Shown here one piece after another: positions 10,254 through 23,427 of a stretch of 64,000 bases of DNA. Positions within the stretch are counted from its first letter, which is position 1. Each line of letters begins with the position of its first letter. The notes under the pieces are model-generated. The model was not told the DNA's origin. It saw only the letters and a program-made list of their open reading frames with translations, and did not search any database. A program made the position numbers and the translations under genes. The stretch comes from Cetorhinus maximus (taxonomy: Eukaryota), in NCBI RefSeq assembly GCF_964194155.1, contig NC_135884.1:55304001-55368000 (forward strand), given 5' to 3'.

Positions 10254-13200
10254 GGAATCGTCCCAGATTTGCACTAAATGCGGTAGCGGGTGGTTAAAAC
10301 AATGTTTTCCCACTGGCCGCAAAGGTGGCTTTTCATGTTATATCATCCCAAACCCGGCACAATAGTTATGCATTCCCAGAAAACATGCCATTTCCATGGT
10401 GGGCGGGCTCTCATTCGCTCACCACACCATCAGCTCACCGCTTCATCACACTGGGCGTCACATTTAAAGACCAGCCATGCGCACACCTCTCAGTGCTTTC
10501 AGCCCACGACTACTGCAGGGAAGAAGTCCACAAAAGGCAAAAAGACTTCAGCCCCATGCTTAATGATGCATCACTGGAAAGCCTTTTGGATGCCGTAGAG
10601 GCATCCTCTACCCCCACTCTGGCCGCAGGATGGGCAGCAGCGGGTGGTGGCAGCAGTGGTCAACAACAATGCCCTGCAAAAGAGGACAGCCACCCAATGC
10701 CACTACACGATGAATGGTCTCATCTGTTCTGCCAGGGTAACTCACTCTTCTCATCACTCTCAACTCATACACTCACAAACCCATCACGCATCCACAGGGA
10801 TCTCACACCCCAAGGGACAACCCCCCCCCAACTCTCTCACACACCCTCACATCTCCATCAGGCTCATACCCTCTCGAGCTCATGTCCTCATCCTGTCCAT
10901 GGCTCCACTCACCATACAAACATTCCACATAGCTCCATATGTCCTGCTCACACTCTCTCCATCTGTTTTCATGCAGGAAAACCCTGCTCACATCAGCAGG
11001 GAGAGCTTCCAGACCGGGAGTAGAGTGGCCCACATTAGGCCCTTCACATAATTTGAGGAGCATGCCATTGCACTGACTGGTGAGGATGTAGACCCTGCCT
11101 GTGGTGATGGTGAGGTCAGCGGTGAAAACCCACCTGAGGATCCTACACCACATCATCCCACCCTCAGTACAACTGTGAGCACTCTCTCTCTCTCCTGCTT
11201 TTGACTCTGCTGTCATGCACTCATCATCACTACTTTGGTTCACAGGGAGCTCTGCCAAGAGACCAACACCTTCAGCCAGTCAGTCCCTCAAGTCCATCCA
11301 GGACCTCATCTGCAGTCAAGAGGTCACATCCGCCATTAAAGAGCTGTAAATAAGCAGCCTGGAAGACCTGTCACAGCGCTTACCAACACCCTCTTTCAGT
11401 ACCGAGACACACACCTCAGTGGGACCTAGATCTAGAGTAGGCTTGGGTTCACAATCTAGTGGTCACAGCACGGACATGTGTCCGCAGCAGGAGGAAACAG
11501 GTTCAGCCGAGCTCCCCGCCACTCGGAGGACTGCAAGGGATCAGGCATCTATGAGGTCTGAGTCAGATGATGAACCTCTGGATTTGGCCTGGAGAGACTC
11601 TCATCCTGGAGAGTCAGCAGAAGGCGTGGGAACATCACGCAGAGCTGTTGGAAGCCCTCAATAGAGTGGCATTCGAGTCGGAGGAGTGCGTCTGCCTGCT
11701 TTCTGATGAAGTGATGCCCACATTTGCGTGTATGGAAGTCTCAATGGGGAGCATGGTGGACGCCATGGAGACCCTGGTCCAGCAGAATACAGAGCTGTGT
11801 GCAGACCTGCACTCCATCGCGGGAGTCACGGGTGAGCCCCTGCAGTGGCAACACAAGAGGGAAATGGGGCACCTCAACGTCCCTCCAGGTGCTCCTTCCA
11901 CTCAACAAGTCAGGCCGGGGCCCTCGAACACCCGGAGCAGCAGCTGGACACCCCTGGGTCATCCACTCAGGAATCTCAGAGGCTGTCCTCTCCCTCCAAG
12001 TCCCCTTTGCCTGTGAGCCCCTCAACCTCATCGTCTGTCACTGCAGAGGGAGCACCAACAAGTGATTCTGGAGGGAGAAGTGTGCGTGTGGCAGAGCCTT
12101 TTGGAGCCTCGTGCAAGCACTCTCACACGCACGTGGATCCTTCACGTATCACACTCACCTCAATGTCCTGAGCAGTTTGAATGCTGCCTGCTGGAGTTCA
12201 CTTGCAGTTGTCCATCTGAGCTGACCCGCATCTACACCCACCCAATGATCACACTCCCATGCAGCACCTGATCTCACCCACCACAACTGTCGCTTCACTT
12301 TTGATTTAGACAGCATGGTCTGGATTCACTTTCTTGTCAGCTCACCCATCTTTTCCCCTCCCCCAGTCACCCATTTCCTTTTCTCCATCACAGTTGATGC
12401 CACCCACATCGATTTCCACCTGCCCTCAGTAAGCCAACAAGCAACAACCTTTTTCCTTTAGGGATGTCCAGGTGAATGTGAATGTTCCCTTCCTTCCTGA
12501 AATTCCCACCCCCATCCACATTCACCTCCCTAACCTCTTCCTTCCCATCCCCAAGGTCCGTGTCTGCCTCCAATTCCCCACCATCCACCCTCGGTGTCCC
12601 TTCTATTGCTACCATCAAACACTCACCCTTCCACCCTACTGCCTCACTCTGCCCTTGGTCATTCTCACCATTTCTTTATACCACGCCCACCCCATGAGAC
12701 AGACATGGACCTATCAGACCCCTCCCTTGCATGATCACCTGCACATCCACCCCTTTGGCCCCTCCCCCCTGCACCCCTCTTGACCCCTTCCCCCCTTCAC
12801 ACCTCTTTCCCCCTTCACAATCCTTCTCACCTGAACCCCTTCCCCACCTCAAACCTTTCCCCCCCCCACCTTAGATCTCTCACCCCCCCCTGGAATCCCC
12901 CACCCTACTTAGTCCTTCCCCCCTCCCAACTCTTTCCTCCACCTCACTTCCTTCAGCCTCACTTTTTCCTCCAGCTTTACTCCTTTCCCCTTCCTGACTC
13001 CTTCCTCCACTCATGTAGCCAGCTGTTGGCATTGTGGCTCAGGAACTGCCTCCACCCTTACTGCTTCCCCTCTATTTCCTCCCCCCCAGACTCCCACCCC
13101 TCCCCACACTCCTTCCTCCCGCCAGACTCCCTCCCCTCTCCAGACTCCTTTCATCCCCCTGGACGCCCTGCCTTCCCCGCACTTCTTCCCTTCTCCACAA

Positions 13201-14056
13201 TTTTTCCCTTACATCCCCTTACACCTACCAGTTGCCATCTTCTCCCCCCATTACCCCCTCCACACTCCTTCCCCTGACTCCCAAACTCACCCCTCAACAC
13301 CTTCACTCCCTCCCTCCCAACCTCACCCCCGACACCTTTACTCCCCCTTCCAAACTCACCCCCCCGACCCCTTCATTCCCCACCACGCCCTCACCCCCCA
13401 ACACCTTCATTGTCCCCCACAACCACAACCCCCCACTTTCTTTCCCACCCCCCTCCCAACCTTACGCCCCCGACACCTCTTCCTCTCCCAGCCAATCCTA
13501 GACCTTCCTCCCCCACCCCCTTGACCATCATCCATTGTGAGCATCAACGGTGACTTTCCAACTTCTGCGATCTGCTTTACAGCAGAGCCATGCACATAAG
13601 AATCTACCCAGCATGCCATGGACGCTCCTCCTGTGTGTTGTTGCTGTCCGGCTCCAGCATCTTCTGCCCCTCGGATGTCCACGATGTGAGCAAGGCTCTG
13701 ACGGTAAGTCCTGAATTCTGCACGTCACAGTTGCCAAGACATGTTCTACATTGACGTGTTTTCCCACTCACGTGGGCGGATGATCCAGCGGTGCGAGGTG
13801 GGGAGGTGGGCGGGGGGTGGGGGGTGGGAGGGGAAATAAGTCTGGTGAGCTGGCCTTGTAATGATATGCTGATGTATCACAATGAGGTTCCTGATGTCTA
13901 ATGGCAGCAAGAAATGTGGCCCCTCATTGACGGGCTGAGCAGATGATCGCAAACTAGTTTCACGATGTTGTGAAACCAATTTTTGGCCTTCTCACCATAT
14001 CGTCTGCTCACAACGCCGAGCACACCCAATGCCAATGGGCACGGAGAACCTCGGCC
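10254..14056 (+). mobile_element. Decayed PIF/Harbinger element carrying a spliced Myb/SANT-like gene
   Basis: Disrupted frames read KGKKTSAP..NDASLESLLDAVEA...VAAVVNNNALQKRTATQC..MNGL (Harbinger Myb/SANT ORF); donor at 10737, acceptor before 10977; flanked by taa on both sides; right end ggagaacctcggcc|taa. Confidence 0.8.
12330..13530. repeat. C/T-rich low-complexity tract (~1.2 kb)
   Basis: Dense C runs with imperfect motifs such as ccagactcc and caaactcacccc; explains the Pro-rich pseudo-ORFs. Confidence 0.85.
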
Positions 14057-14259
14057 TAAGTTTAAGACATCCCACGAAAATGGGCACAGGCTTGCAACTC
14101 ATGGTTACTTGTGCCCATTCAGTGATGAAGGCAGCACACTAACTTTATGCTGCCTGCTCTTTACCCTAATTGTAGCATGCAGCCAGTTCTCACCATGCTA
14201 TTGAGTGGCTGCACACCTCAATAAGGGACTCAAAATCATGGGAGACTAGCAGAAGTTAA

Positions 14260-15800
14260 AGCTAACTTGCACTACTTAAAGCCAGGCTGCACCTCTCAAA
14301 GGGGAGTTGCATTGTGGCTAGATCAGGTAGTGGTTGTACAAGTCACTCTGACTTGGAAGGAGACTGAATAATGGCACAATATGGGAAAGATCCTGCTCCA
14401 TGGTTCTCTGATATTACCCTGGGTGCCTTGGAGGAGGAGGTGCAAAGCAGTAGAGAAATGTTATAGCCATGGTGGGCCAGGAGGCCTTCTAATCAAACAC
14501 TCAAACGGCAGTGAGACCAGGCAGCAATGGCAGCCAATTCCAGGAGTCAAGCCCCGAGGGTCTGGATGCAGATGCAAAAGGCTCAGTGACTTTACACAAA
14601 TGGTCAAGGTCAATGAATCCTTCAAATGTCATATCCCACCAACTGCAGCACTAACTTCAGAGGTTAGTGCTTAATGCAATACACTGCCATCACTCATCTA
14701 CCAACATTCATTCAGAATGTAAATGGTCTGTTCTATCATATGTCATGTGGCAGCATGGTATCCATTGTCTGCATTCCACACACATGTGCATGGGTTGTGG
14801 ACGGGAGTCATCAGCCATGTAGTCAGCCCAGGAACTGCGCTTTTGAATTGCAATGGTAGCCCAAATGCTGCTGGCACCGAGAACTGCTGCAGGATAAAGG
14901 CAGGATCGCTGTTGCCAGAATACATGGCACTGACCTGTATGATTCTCAATATATGGTCACACGCGAGATGAATGTTGAGGAAGCGGAATCCTGTTGGTTG
15001 CGGTACATTTCAGAGTTGACATGTGGTGCCTGCAGAGTGATGTGTGCACAGTCAATGGCATCCTGCATTCTGGAGAAACCTGCAATCCTAGCAAAGCCAC
15101 TTACTCACTCCAGCTGTTGCTCACTGGCAAAAGAAAATGAAGTGTAGTCAGCTCTCTTTTTATAGAGAGCCTCAGTCATCTTCCTTATGCAAAGGGAGAT
15201 GGCTAACTTTGCGATGTTGCAAATGCCTTCAGCTCCAACATAGTATATAGAAACAGGGAAAATTTATGGCATAGAAAGAGGCCATTCAGCTTGATTCAGT
15301 GTCCAAGCTGGAAGGGGCCAGAACTTGTAAAAGTTCATGGCCGCGATCACCCCCTCAGCCACTGTGAATGCTGTCCTTGCCCTGCTCTCAGGTTACAATT
15401 GCAGCTGTAGCAGGTGGCAGATTTCAGCGAGGATGTTCTTACTGAAGTGAAGATGTCTGGCATTGTTCCTCACTGAGGTACAGTAGGAGAATTGCTTCAG
15501 CACCAGCCACGCCACTCCCTGTAGACTTCAGCAACTTTTGAGAACTCCAGGAAGCATCAAACACATGTACACTCATAGCAACAACCAATAGAAATCAATC
15601 ACCAGCTAGCTTTTAAGTAGTTGATCTTCTGTTAAATAGCACTGGAGTGGAGCTAGCTTTTGCTGCTAAACACTGTTCAGCCATATATGTTTAAGAGCAG
15701 AACATAACTAGATTGTTGAGCTTCAAGCTGGCACAGCTGTCATTAAATCAGAAATACACAATGAGTTACATCATGATCTGCCTATTCTGCACACTTCTCA
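14260..15800. mobile_element. Decayed Harbinger element: Myb-like start on +, transposase fragments on -
   Basis: Minus-strand RIIQVSAMYSGNSDPAFILQQ...TWLMTPVHNP...HAAT..IEQTI is a HARBI1-like DDE fragment; plus-strand atggcacaa...gctccatggttctctgat resembles the Myb ORF start. Confidence 0.7.
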
Positions 15801-16179
15801 CTGCCATAACCAATATGGGCATGTACACCACCATTTAAGGGCATCCTTGTAATGCCCAAATAATGGGCACAATGGATCCAAATTTTGCACCATCATTTCC
15901 TAACGTCAAAACAAAACAGATAAACTCCAATAATCAAAATGAAAACTGTTGTAGGAGTAGGGCTTTTAAGAGTAGGCAATATACAAAATATATATATTTG
16001 TGCTGGTTTCATGTCACTCCATTTGCTACACATAACATAGTCAACAAATACAATGATGGATTGTGCTGGTTCTGTTTTAATATATGCCAGAACTATAATA
16101 ACAGCAAATTTGAGGAGGTGCCCATAGACTCTCATGATAACAGCAAAACAATAATAACAATTGGAGCAAGAACAGAGGG

Positions 16180-18830
16180 AGATAGCAGAAAGATAAAAGA
16201 GTGGTGGCATCAGCAGCAACAAGATCAGGAACAGAGCAGGACCAGCTGGAGGATATAAGAGTGGCGGCATCAGTAGTGAGAGTGAGAGCAACTGGGTTAA
16301 AAGAGCGATGGCAGCAGCAGTGAGAGCAAGAAAACAGTGAGACCAGCAGGAGGATAAAAGAGCGACAGCAGTAGAAGCCATGAGAACAAGAACTAAATAG
16401 AGATAAAAGAGTGGCAGCAGTAGTGAGAACGAGAACAGAGTGAAATCAACAGAGTGGTGTATGGTTTCAGAGCCCACCAACCATGTTAAAAAAAAACTTA
16501 ATAAGATGCCAGAGAGAAGTAGTTAAGTAATTGGTTGGTGACAATTGTTTTGTCTCTAAAATCTAAGCTGAGAAATTAAAAATTTCAATTGAATGATTCT
16601 AATAAGAAGTGAATTAATAAGAGCAGGTCTAGAGGCATTAAAGGAGCTGGAAAATTAAAATTTTCATTCTTTATAATAAAGGTTAAGTAAAGCATTTCAA
16701 TTAACCTTCCTAAATTTAACTGATAACAGAAAAAGCGAAAGGAGTAGCTAATGAGAGCCTTTACTTTTTTCATAGTAAGTTTTATTATCTAATAGATAGA
16801 AGAATGACAGGACAGCTCAGACCCCTCTGTACATCCTGTTCCATATGGGAACAGCAGGACATTTTCTGTGTCCTGGTGAGACAAAACTATAATAAGTTTC
16901 ATAATATTATTATGGTTTATTGTAAAGTAGATTTATGGGTGTAAGAGTAGATGGCTCCGTCTGTGTGATTTAATTAAATTAGAGGCAGACAGACTGCAAG
17001 GTTGAAATTATCAAAAGGCATTTGAAATGCTAATGTGTAAACATGGATGAGGTCAGCATGTAGGTGCGAAGGAAATTTGCATTTTTAGATTGGCGAAAAA
17101 GTTGTTTGGGTTTCAAAGGGATGGTAGGATGTTTACAATTAACAAGATAAATAGGGCAAGGTTATCCTGTTTATTTATCCCAAAAGGTAATGACCATATT
17201 GGCAACATGAAATATTTTTATGTTATGGGAAAAGTAAAGTTCCAAAGACATATAGAACAATGGAATTTACAGATTAAAGAGAGAGAAACATATATAAAGA
17301 AGGGAAGAAGTTGATGTTGTGGGGCAATGTAATAACTAAAAGGAGTGTGTAAAACAGCCTTGAGGAAGCCTTCAGCAACATTTGCAAAAGTCTGCTGTGT
17401 CCAGTAACTAATGTTGGAGAAAAGCCTTTGCAATTTCACAGAGTGGGTGCTGTGGTAAATCTGCTGGCTTGTTATTTCAATTTAAAATCTATTTTGGACT
17501 GTTGCCTTAAAGGGGGTGTGTAGTTGGGGGTGAGCTTAATTAGGAATGCTGGTATTTGTTATAAAATTAAGTAACTGTAATCCTATGTATGTGCTAGGAA
17601 TCTTTTCTTTTGTTAATAAATGTTCTATTTTGGTTTTTAAAATCTCTAAAGGTGTTAGTGGACTCATTACTTCTGAATTCAGTACCCAAATCTTTTCGTA
17701 ATAAATACAAGTTGCAAAACCATTGTGATAACGTGGCCAAGTTTCCCTTGTGGATTTGGTCCACCTGGCACACATCACCTGCCACATCATAACACTGGAT
17801 AACCACATGTGTAGGAAGTATTGTCAGCTGCAGCGGCGGGTGAACAGCCATAGGCTGTGGTCCAAATTAGTACCAACGAGACAGATAGAAAGAGGGTTGT
17901 GGTCCTGCAGTCAGAGTTTAGGGAGATAGGTAGGAAATTAGTAAGCAGCACCTCAAAAGTAGTAACCTCCAGATTACTATTGGTACTATGTGCAAGTGAG
18001 TATAAAAATAGGAGAATAGAGCAGATGAATGTGGGGCTGAAGAGATGTAACAGGAAGGAAGGCTTTAGATTCTTGGGGCATTGGGATCAGTTCTGGGTGA
18101 GATGGGACCTGTACAGGTTGGAAAGGTTGCACCTAAACAGAGTCGGGACCAATTTCCTTTACTTGCTAGTGCTACTGGGAAGGGTTTAAGCTAAATTGGC
18201 AGGTGTATGGAAACGATGAGGTAGTACGAGAGAGGAATACCAAGGCACAAAGAATATTGGGAGAGACAGACAGCACTGGAATAGGAAATATTGAGGTATT
18301 AGGTGGTTTTAGCATAAGGGGGACAGCAATAAAGTCTAAATTAGGGTTACCGTACATATATGTGAATGTGCGGAGGATGGTAAATAAGATTGTTGAGTTG
18401 CAGAAGCAGGTAGCTACATGGAAATATATTGTGGAGATAACAGGGACCTGGTTCAAAGAAAGGCAGGGCTGGGTATTAAATATTCCTAGATAGGAGCTGT
18501 TGAGGAAAAATAGGAAAAGAAGGAAAGGAGGAGGGTTGCCAGTACTGGCTAAGGAAAACATTGCTGTGCTGGAGAGAGAAGATGTCCCAGAGGGGTCAAG
18601 GACACAATCTATTTGACTACCAACTAGTGAGAATGATGTGGAGGGACAAATTTACAAGGAAATTACAGACAAATGCCAGGATTATAGAGTGCCTATAATG
18701 GGGGACTTCAATTATCTGAATACAGACTGGGATTGTAGTAGTGTAAAGGGCAGAGAGGGTCAAGAGTTCCTAGTGTGTGTTCTGAAAAATTTTCTACAGC
18801 GTATGTTTCTAGTCCAACGAGAAAGGAGCA
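16180..18830 (+). mobile_element. CR1 LINE 5' portion: repeat-containing leader, ORF1 (zinc finger/esterase) and ORF2 endonuclease remnants
   Basis: ORF1-like SEFREIGRKL...EGFRFLGHWDQFW...LHLNRVGT; APE motifs YVNVRRMVNK, ITGTW and MGDFNY; interrupted by a solo LTR. Confidence 0.85.
16877..17794 (+). mobile_element. Solo LTR (918 bp), likely Gypsy-type
   Basis: TG...CA ends, exact 4-bp TSD ctgg (16873-16876 and 17795-17798), host CR1 ORF1 rejoins across it; TATA-like tatataaa near 17291 and aataaa near 17615 and 17700. Confidence 0.85.
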
Positions 18831-19205
18831 CTGTTGTCATTGAGGCTGCACACAGTGATGATGCTGAAACCATTGAAAATGAAAGCATGTTCCTACCAAA
18901 TCCATCTTCTCAAATCCTATTCCCTCCTCATCCTACAATATTTTCTGGTGTTCAAGCTGCTGATAGTGTAAGCATGCACTTCTTGCTTTAGCCCACTTGG
19001 CTCACCACAACCTTGTACATGCACTTATCTTTTTTCAAACACCCAAGAACTGCCATTTGTCAAGTGCTGATATGAAAGCATAAAGATTAAGAGCAGGACA
19101 CTGATGAGGAAGAAACACTGTCACTCGATCTCACACTTGCAGCCACCATCAGATACTGGAACTCTACATACTTTAGAGGTTAGCATAGAGCTGGGATTTG
19201 CATGT
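18830..19205 (+). mobile_element. Harbinger Myb-gene internal fragment
   Basis: Similar to 54030-54520 and 59570-60600 (gctgaaaccattgaaaatga; cagatactgg..catactttagagg). Confidence 0.55.
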
Positions 19206-20160
19206 GGGCGGAGACATTGCAGGCATCAGGGAGGGAGAGTTACTTGGACACTTTGTTCCAGGAGGCAGTCACACCCCTTTGGTTAAGTAATACTTTAGGG
19301 GTCATAAATTGTCAGGGGCAAGAGGGTGTGACTGCGAGTCAGGCATGTATGGGGATCCAGGATGTAGTGATGGTGGAGTCTCAGCCTTTATCTTTATCCT
19401 AAAGGTATAAGGTACTTGTTGCCAACATGAATGAGAAGAAGGACTTCAGAGTGGATGAAAAAACTGACCATGGTGCATGAGACTATTCAAGTGGGGGTGA
19501 TAGTAGTATGGAACAGGATAGTCAGGGGAATAGATACACTTCTCTGTAGCTGAAACCAGCAGTTCAAAAGGTTCAGTTGGCCTGCCTGGTACAAAGGTTC
19601 AGTATATCTCTTTGCACTGGAGAAGAACTTGGAGTGGGAGGGGGAGGATCCAGTTATCATGGTCCATAGAGGAATCAATGACATAGGTAAGGCCAAGAAC
19701 GAGTTTCTGCAAGGAAGTTTCAGGGAACGGCTTCCCAATGAATAAGCAGGACATCAAGGGGTCTCTAGATTACCACCTGCACAAATTGACATAGGGTCAA
19801 GCAGATTAGCGAATTAAGTGCATGATTCAAAGAGCGGTGTGAGAAGAAAGGGTTTTGATTCATTGGGTACTGGCAGCAGTACTGGGAAAAGACAGAGCTG
19901 TTCCTTTAAGACAGGCTCCACTTAAATCAGCCTGGGACCAACATCCTGAGCTGTGAATAGGGCTAAAAACTAAATATGGGGTGCGGGGGGCAGAATTGGG
20001 GCAGTGGAGGGGTCAGATGAAGGCAAACTTAGTAATCTAAAGAGAAAAATTAAAATAATAGAGCATTACAGCAATATGGGAGAAAGCAGAGTGGGATGGG
20101 AAGAGTCAGCAAGTTTAATGGTAATAGTGCATCAGCGAATAAGGTCCATGCAAAGAACAG
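19205..20160 (+). mobile_element. Second CR1 ORF1 remnant (SGNH/GDSL esterase type)
   Basis: ESYLDTLFQEAVTP, IVRGIDT, LEKNLEWEGEDPVIMVHRGINDIG in disrupted frames. Confidence 0.8.
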
Positions 20161-20162
20161 TT

Positions 20163-20380
20163 ACCATCCTGACTTGGAAATATATCGCCGTTCCTTCACT
20201 GTCGCTTAGTCAAAATCCTGGAACTCCCTTCCTAACAGCACTGTGGGTGTATCTACACCACATGGACTGCAGTGGCTTAAGAAGGCAGCTCACCACCGCC
20301 TTCTCAAGTGCAACTAGGGATGGGCAATAAACGCTGGCCCAAGCCAGTGAAGCCCACATCCCGTGAATGAATTTTAAAAA
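20163..20380 (+). mobile_element. LINE 3' end fragment (CR1/L2 clade)
   Basis: Ends ...ctcaccaccgccttctcaag...gggcaataaacgctggcc...tgaatgaa followed by an A run; non-LTR 3' tail that I recall as abundant in sharks. Confidence 0.7.
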
Positions 20381-21240
20381 AAGGTGGGAATGTAAGCTGT
20401 GAGGAGGATTCAAAGAGGTTGCAAGCAGATATAGACAGGTTGAGTAGGCAACAAGGTAGCAGATGGAGTATAATGTGTAGAAATATGAGTTTATTCACTT
20501 ATATAGTAAGAACAGAATAACTGAATATTTTTAAAAAAGCGTGAAACTTTTAAATGTTGATGTTCAGAGAGATTTGGGTGTACTTGTACAAGGAATATTT
20601 TAAGTTAGCATGCAGGTTAAGCAAGCAATTAGGAAGGCAATTAGAATATTACAAGGGGATTGGCGTACAAGAGTTAGAAAGTCTTGCTAAAATTGTACAG
20701 GGCTTTGTTGACACCACACCTTGAGTACTATGCACAGTTTTAGTCTCCATATTTAAGGAAAGATACACTAACCTTGCAGTGGTACAGTGAAGGCTCACTA
20801 GATTGGTTCCTGCGATAAGAGATTTGTGCCATGATGAGAGGTTGAGGAAATTGGGCCTATACTTTCTGGAGATTAGAAGAATGAGAGGTGATCTCATTGA
20901 AACATACAAGGTTCTGAAGGGGCTTGATAAGGTGGACACTGTGGGGTTGTTTCCACTGGCTGGGGAATCTAAAACATGAAGGCACATGAAGGATAAGGGG
21001 TCTATTGTTTTGGGCTAAGATGAGATGGGTTTCTTCACTCACTCTACCCCAGAGCGTACAAGATGCTCCATCACTGAGTGTCTTTAAGGTAGAGATAGAC
21101 AGATTTTTAGCCTCTCAAGGGATTGAGAGATACGGGGAGCAGGCAGAAAAATGGAGTTGAAGCAGAATTTGAGCTATGATTGTATTGAATGGCAGAGCAG
21201 GCTTGAATGGTTGCATGGTTGATTCCTACTTTCATGTTTT
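20381..21240 (+). mobile_element. CR1 LINE 3' fragment (RT C-terminus and 3' UTR)
   Basis: LQADIDRL, LYRALLTPHLEY, RRMRGDLIETYKVLKGLDKVD motifs in broken frames. Confidence 0.9.
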
Positions 21241-21899
21241 TACATTGTTATATGTAGAATACTATACTGTGCTCTTTTAATATTCTCTGGCGATTCTCTC
21301 CTCAAACCCCATACTTGTTTCCTTGATCCCTTTCTTAATCTACTTTCTCATATTCTTTTATATTTTCACAGTTTTATTGTAATACAATAAATTTAGCCTC
21401 ATAGATGTGCATTTCTTCTCAGGAGGCTGTGGAAAGCCATTGCTGATGTCAGTGGAGTTTTAGATTCAAGATGATCATCCTTCCCCAGAAGAAGGATGAC
21501 GCATTGTTCTGGATTTCATTGTTGGAAGTCTAAGGTAGGAAAATTTTGATGAAAACTGGGATAAATAGACTTTTTAATGAGGATCTAATAAGGATTAGGA
21601 AGCCAAAGATTCCAGTTGCCATATGGTAGAACTAATGATCTAATCTTTATTTATTCTCAAGCTGGGTTTTTTTTACTAAATATTCACAAGTTAAGCCTGA
21701 GTCGGTCCAGATATTCAGTAATAATTAGAACGCTGAATAATATTAACATTTAAAGTAATGAATCATTAAAATATGGGGGCAATTTTAGCCTCACTTGCCC
21801 TATGGGAAGCTGACTGGATTGGATCAGTCACCTATTTTACACCCTGCCTGATTGATCAAAGCGTAAAATAGGAGGTTGACCCAAACCTCCCTATTTACC

Positions 21900-23427
21900 A
21901 CAGTATCACAGCATCTTAACATTGCAGAAGGAGGCCATTTGGCCCATCAAGTCTGCACTGGCTCTCTGAAAAAGCATTCCACCTAGTCCCACTCCCTGCC
22001 TTATCCCCATAACCTTGCACATTCTCTCTTTTCATGTAGCAATCCAATTCCCTTTTGAATACCTCAATCAAATCTGCCTCCACCACCCTCTCAGGAAGTT
22101 TGTTCCAGTCTCCAGCCACCCTCTGGGTGAAAAACATTTCCTCACATCACATTTACTCCTTTTGTCAAATATTTTGAATCTGTGCCCTCTAATTCTTGAT
22201 GTTCTCTTGAGTGGGAACAGTTTCTCACTGTTTACCCTGCCCATACCCCTCAGGATCTTAAAAGCCTTTGTCAAGTCTCCTATCAGCATTTATTTTGCCA
22301 AGGAAAAGAATTCAAACCTCTCCAATCTATCCTCATAGCTACAGTTCTTCATCCCAGGAATCATTTTTGTGTACCTCCTCTGTACTCTCTCCAATACCTC
22401 CACATCCTTCCTCAAGTATGGCACCCAGAACTGGACGTAGTACTCCAGATGAGGCCCAACTAGTGCTTTATACAAGTACAACATGGCCCCCTTACTCTTC
22501 TACTCAATGCTCCAATTAATAAAGTCTAAGATGCTATATGCTTTATTAACTGCTCTCTCAACATGCCCTGCCATCTTCAATGACCTATGTACATATACAC
22601 TAAAGTCCCTCTGTTCCTGCACCTCCTTTAGAGGCTCTCCCTTTTTTTATATACTGTCTCACCATATCCTTCCTTCCAAAATGAATCACCTCACACTTCT
22701 CTGCTTTGAACTTCATCTGCCACTTGTCTGCCCAATCCACCAACATGTCTATGTCCTTTTGAAGTTCAAGACTATCCCCATCACAGTTGACAACATTTCC
22801 AATCTTCATACCATCTGCAAATTTTGAAATCATGCCCTGCACATCACAGTCTAGGTCATTAATATATATCAAGAAGAGCAAAGGTCCCAACACTGACCCC
22901 TGAGGAACTGCACTACAAACCTTCCTCCAATCTGAAAAACAACCATTTATCACAACTCTGTTTCCTGTCACTCAGCCAATTTCTTATCCAAGTGCTTATT
23001 TTCCCTTTTACTCCATGACTAGGATTTTGCTCACAAGTCTTTTGTGTGGCACTGTAATAAATGCCTTTTGAAAATCCATATACACCACATCAACAGCGTT
23101 CTCTTTATCAGCCTTCTCTGTTACCTTCTCAAAAGCTCCAGCAAGTTAATTAAACATGATTTTTTCCTTGATGAATCCATGCTGTCTCTCCTTAATTATC
23201 CTGCATTTGTCTAACTGATTATTGATCTTATCACATACGATAGTTTCCAGAAGTTTCCCAATCACTGAGGTGACACTGACTGGCCTATAGATGCTAGCTT
23301 TATCCTTGCATCTCTTTTTGAACAAGGGTGTAGCATTCACTGTTCCCCAGTCTTCTAGCACTTTCCCTGTGTCAAATGAAGACTGGAAGATTATTACTAG
23401 TGCCTCTGCAATTTCCACTCTCACCAC
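21900..23427 (-). mobile_element. CR1 LINE, 5'-truncated, RT domain to 3' tail
   Basis: ORF track: YRPVSVTSVIGKLLE, VPQGSVLGPLLFLIYINDL, KFADG, LYKALVGPHLEYYVQFW; frameshifted. Confidence 0.95.

Noticed and set aside
10325-11023. 232-aa ORF as a novel gene
   Set aside because: It runs through a Harbinger subterminal region, a frameshifted Myb exon and its intron.
12472-13501. Proline-rich extensin-like ORFs
   Set aside because: Artefact of a C-rich low-complexity tract that rarely contains stops.
16185-16445. CRISPR-like repeat-spacer array
   Set aside because: Units are imperfect with related spacers, there are no cas genes, and the context is a vertebrate LINE leader.
15893-16480. 195-aa hydrophobic multi-TM ORF
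   Set aside because: Antisense reading of A/G-rich tandem repeats; no family motif or splice context.
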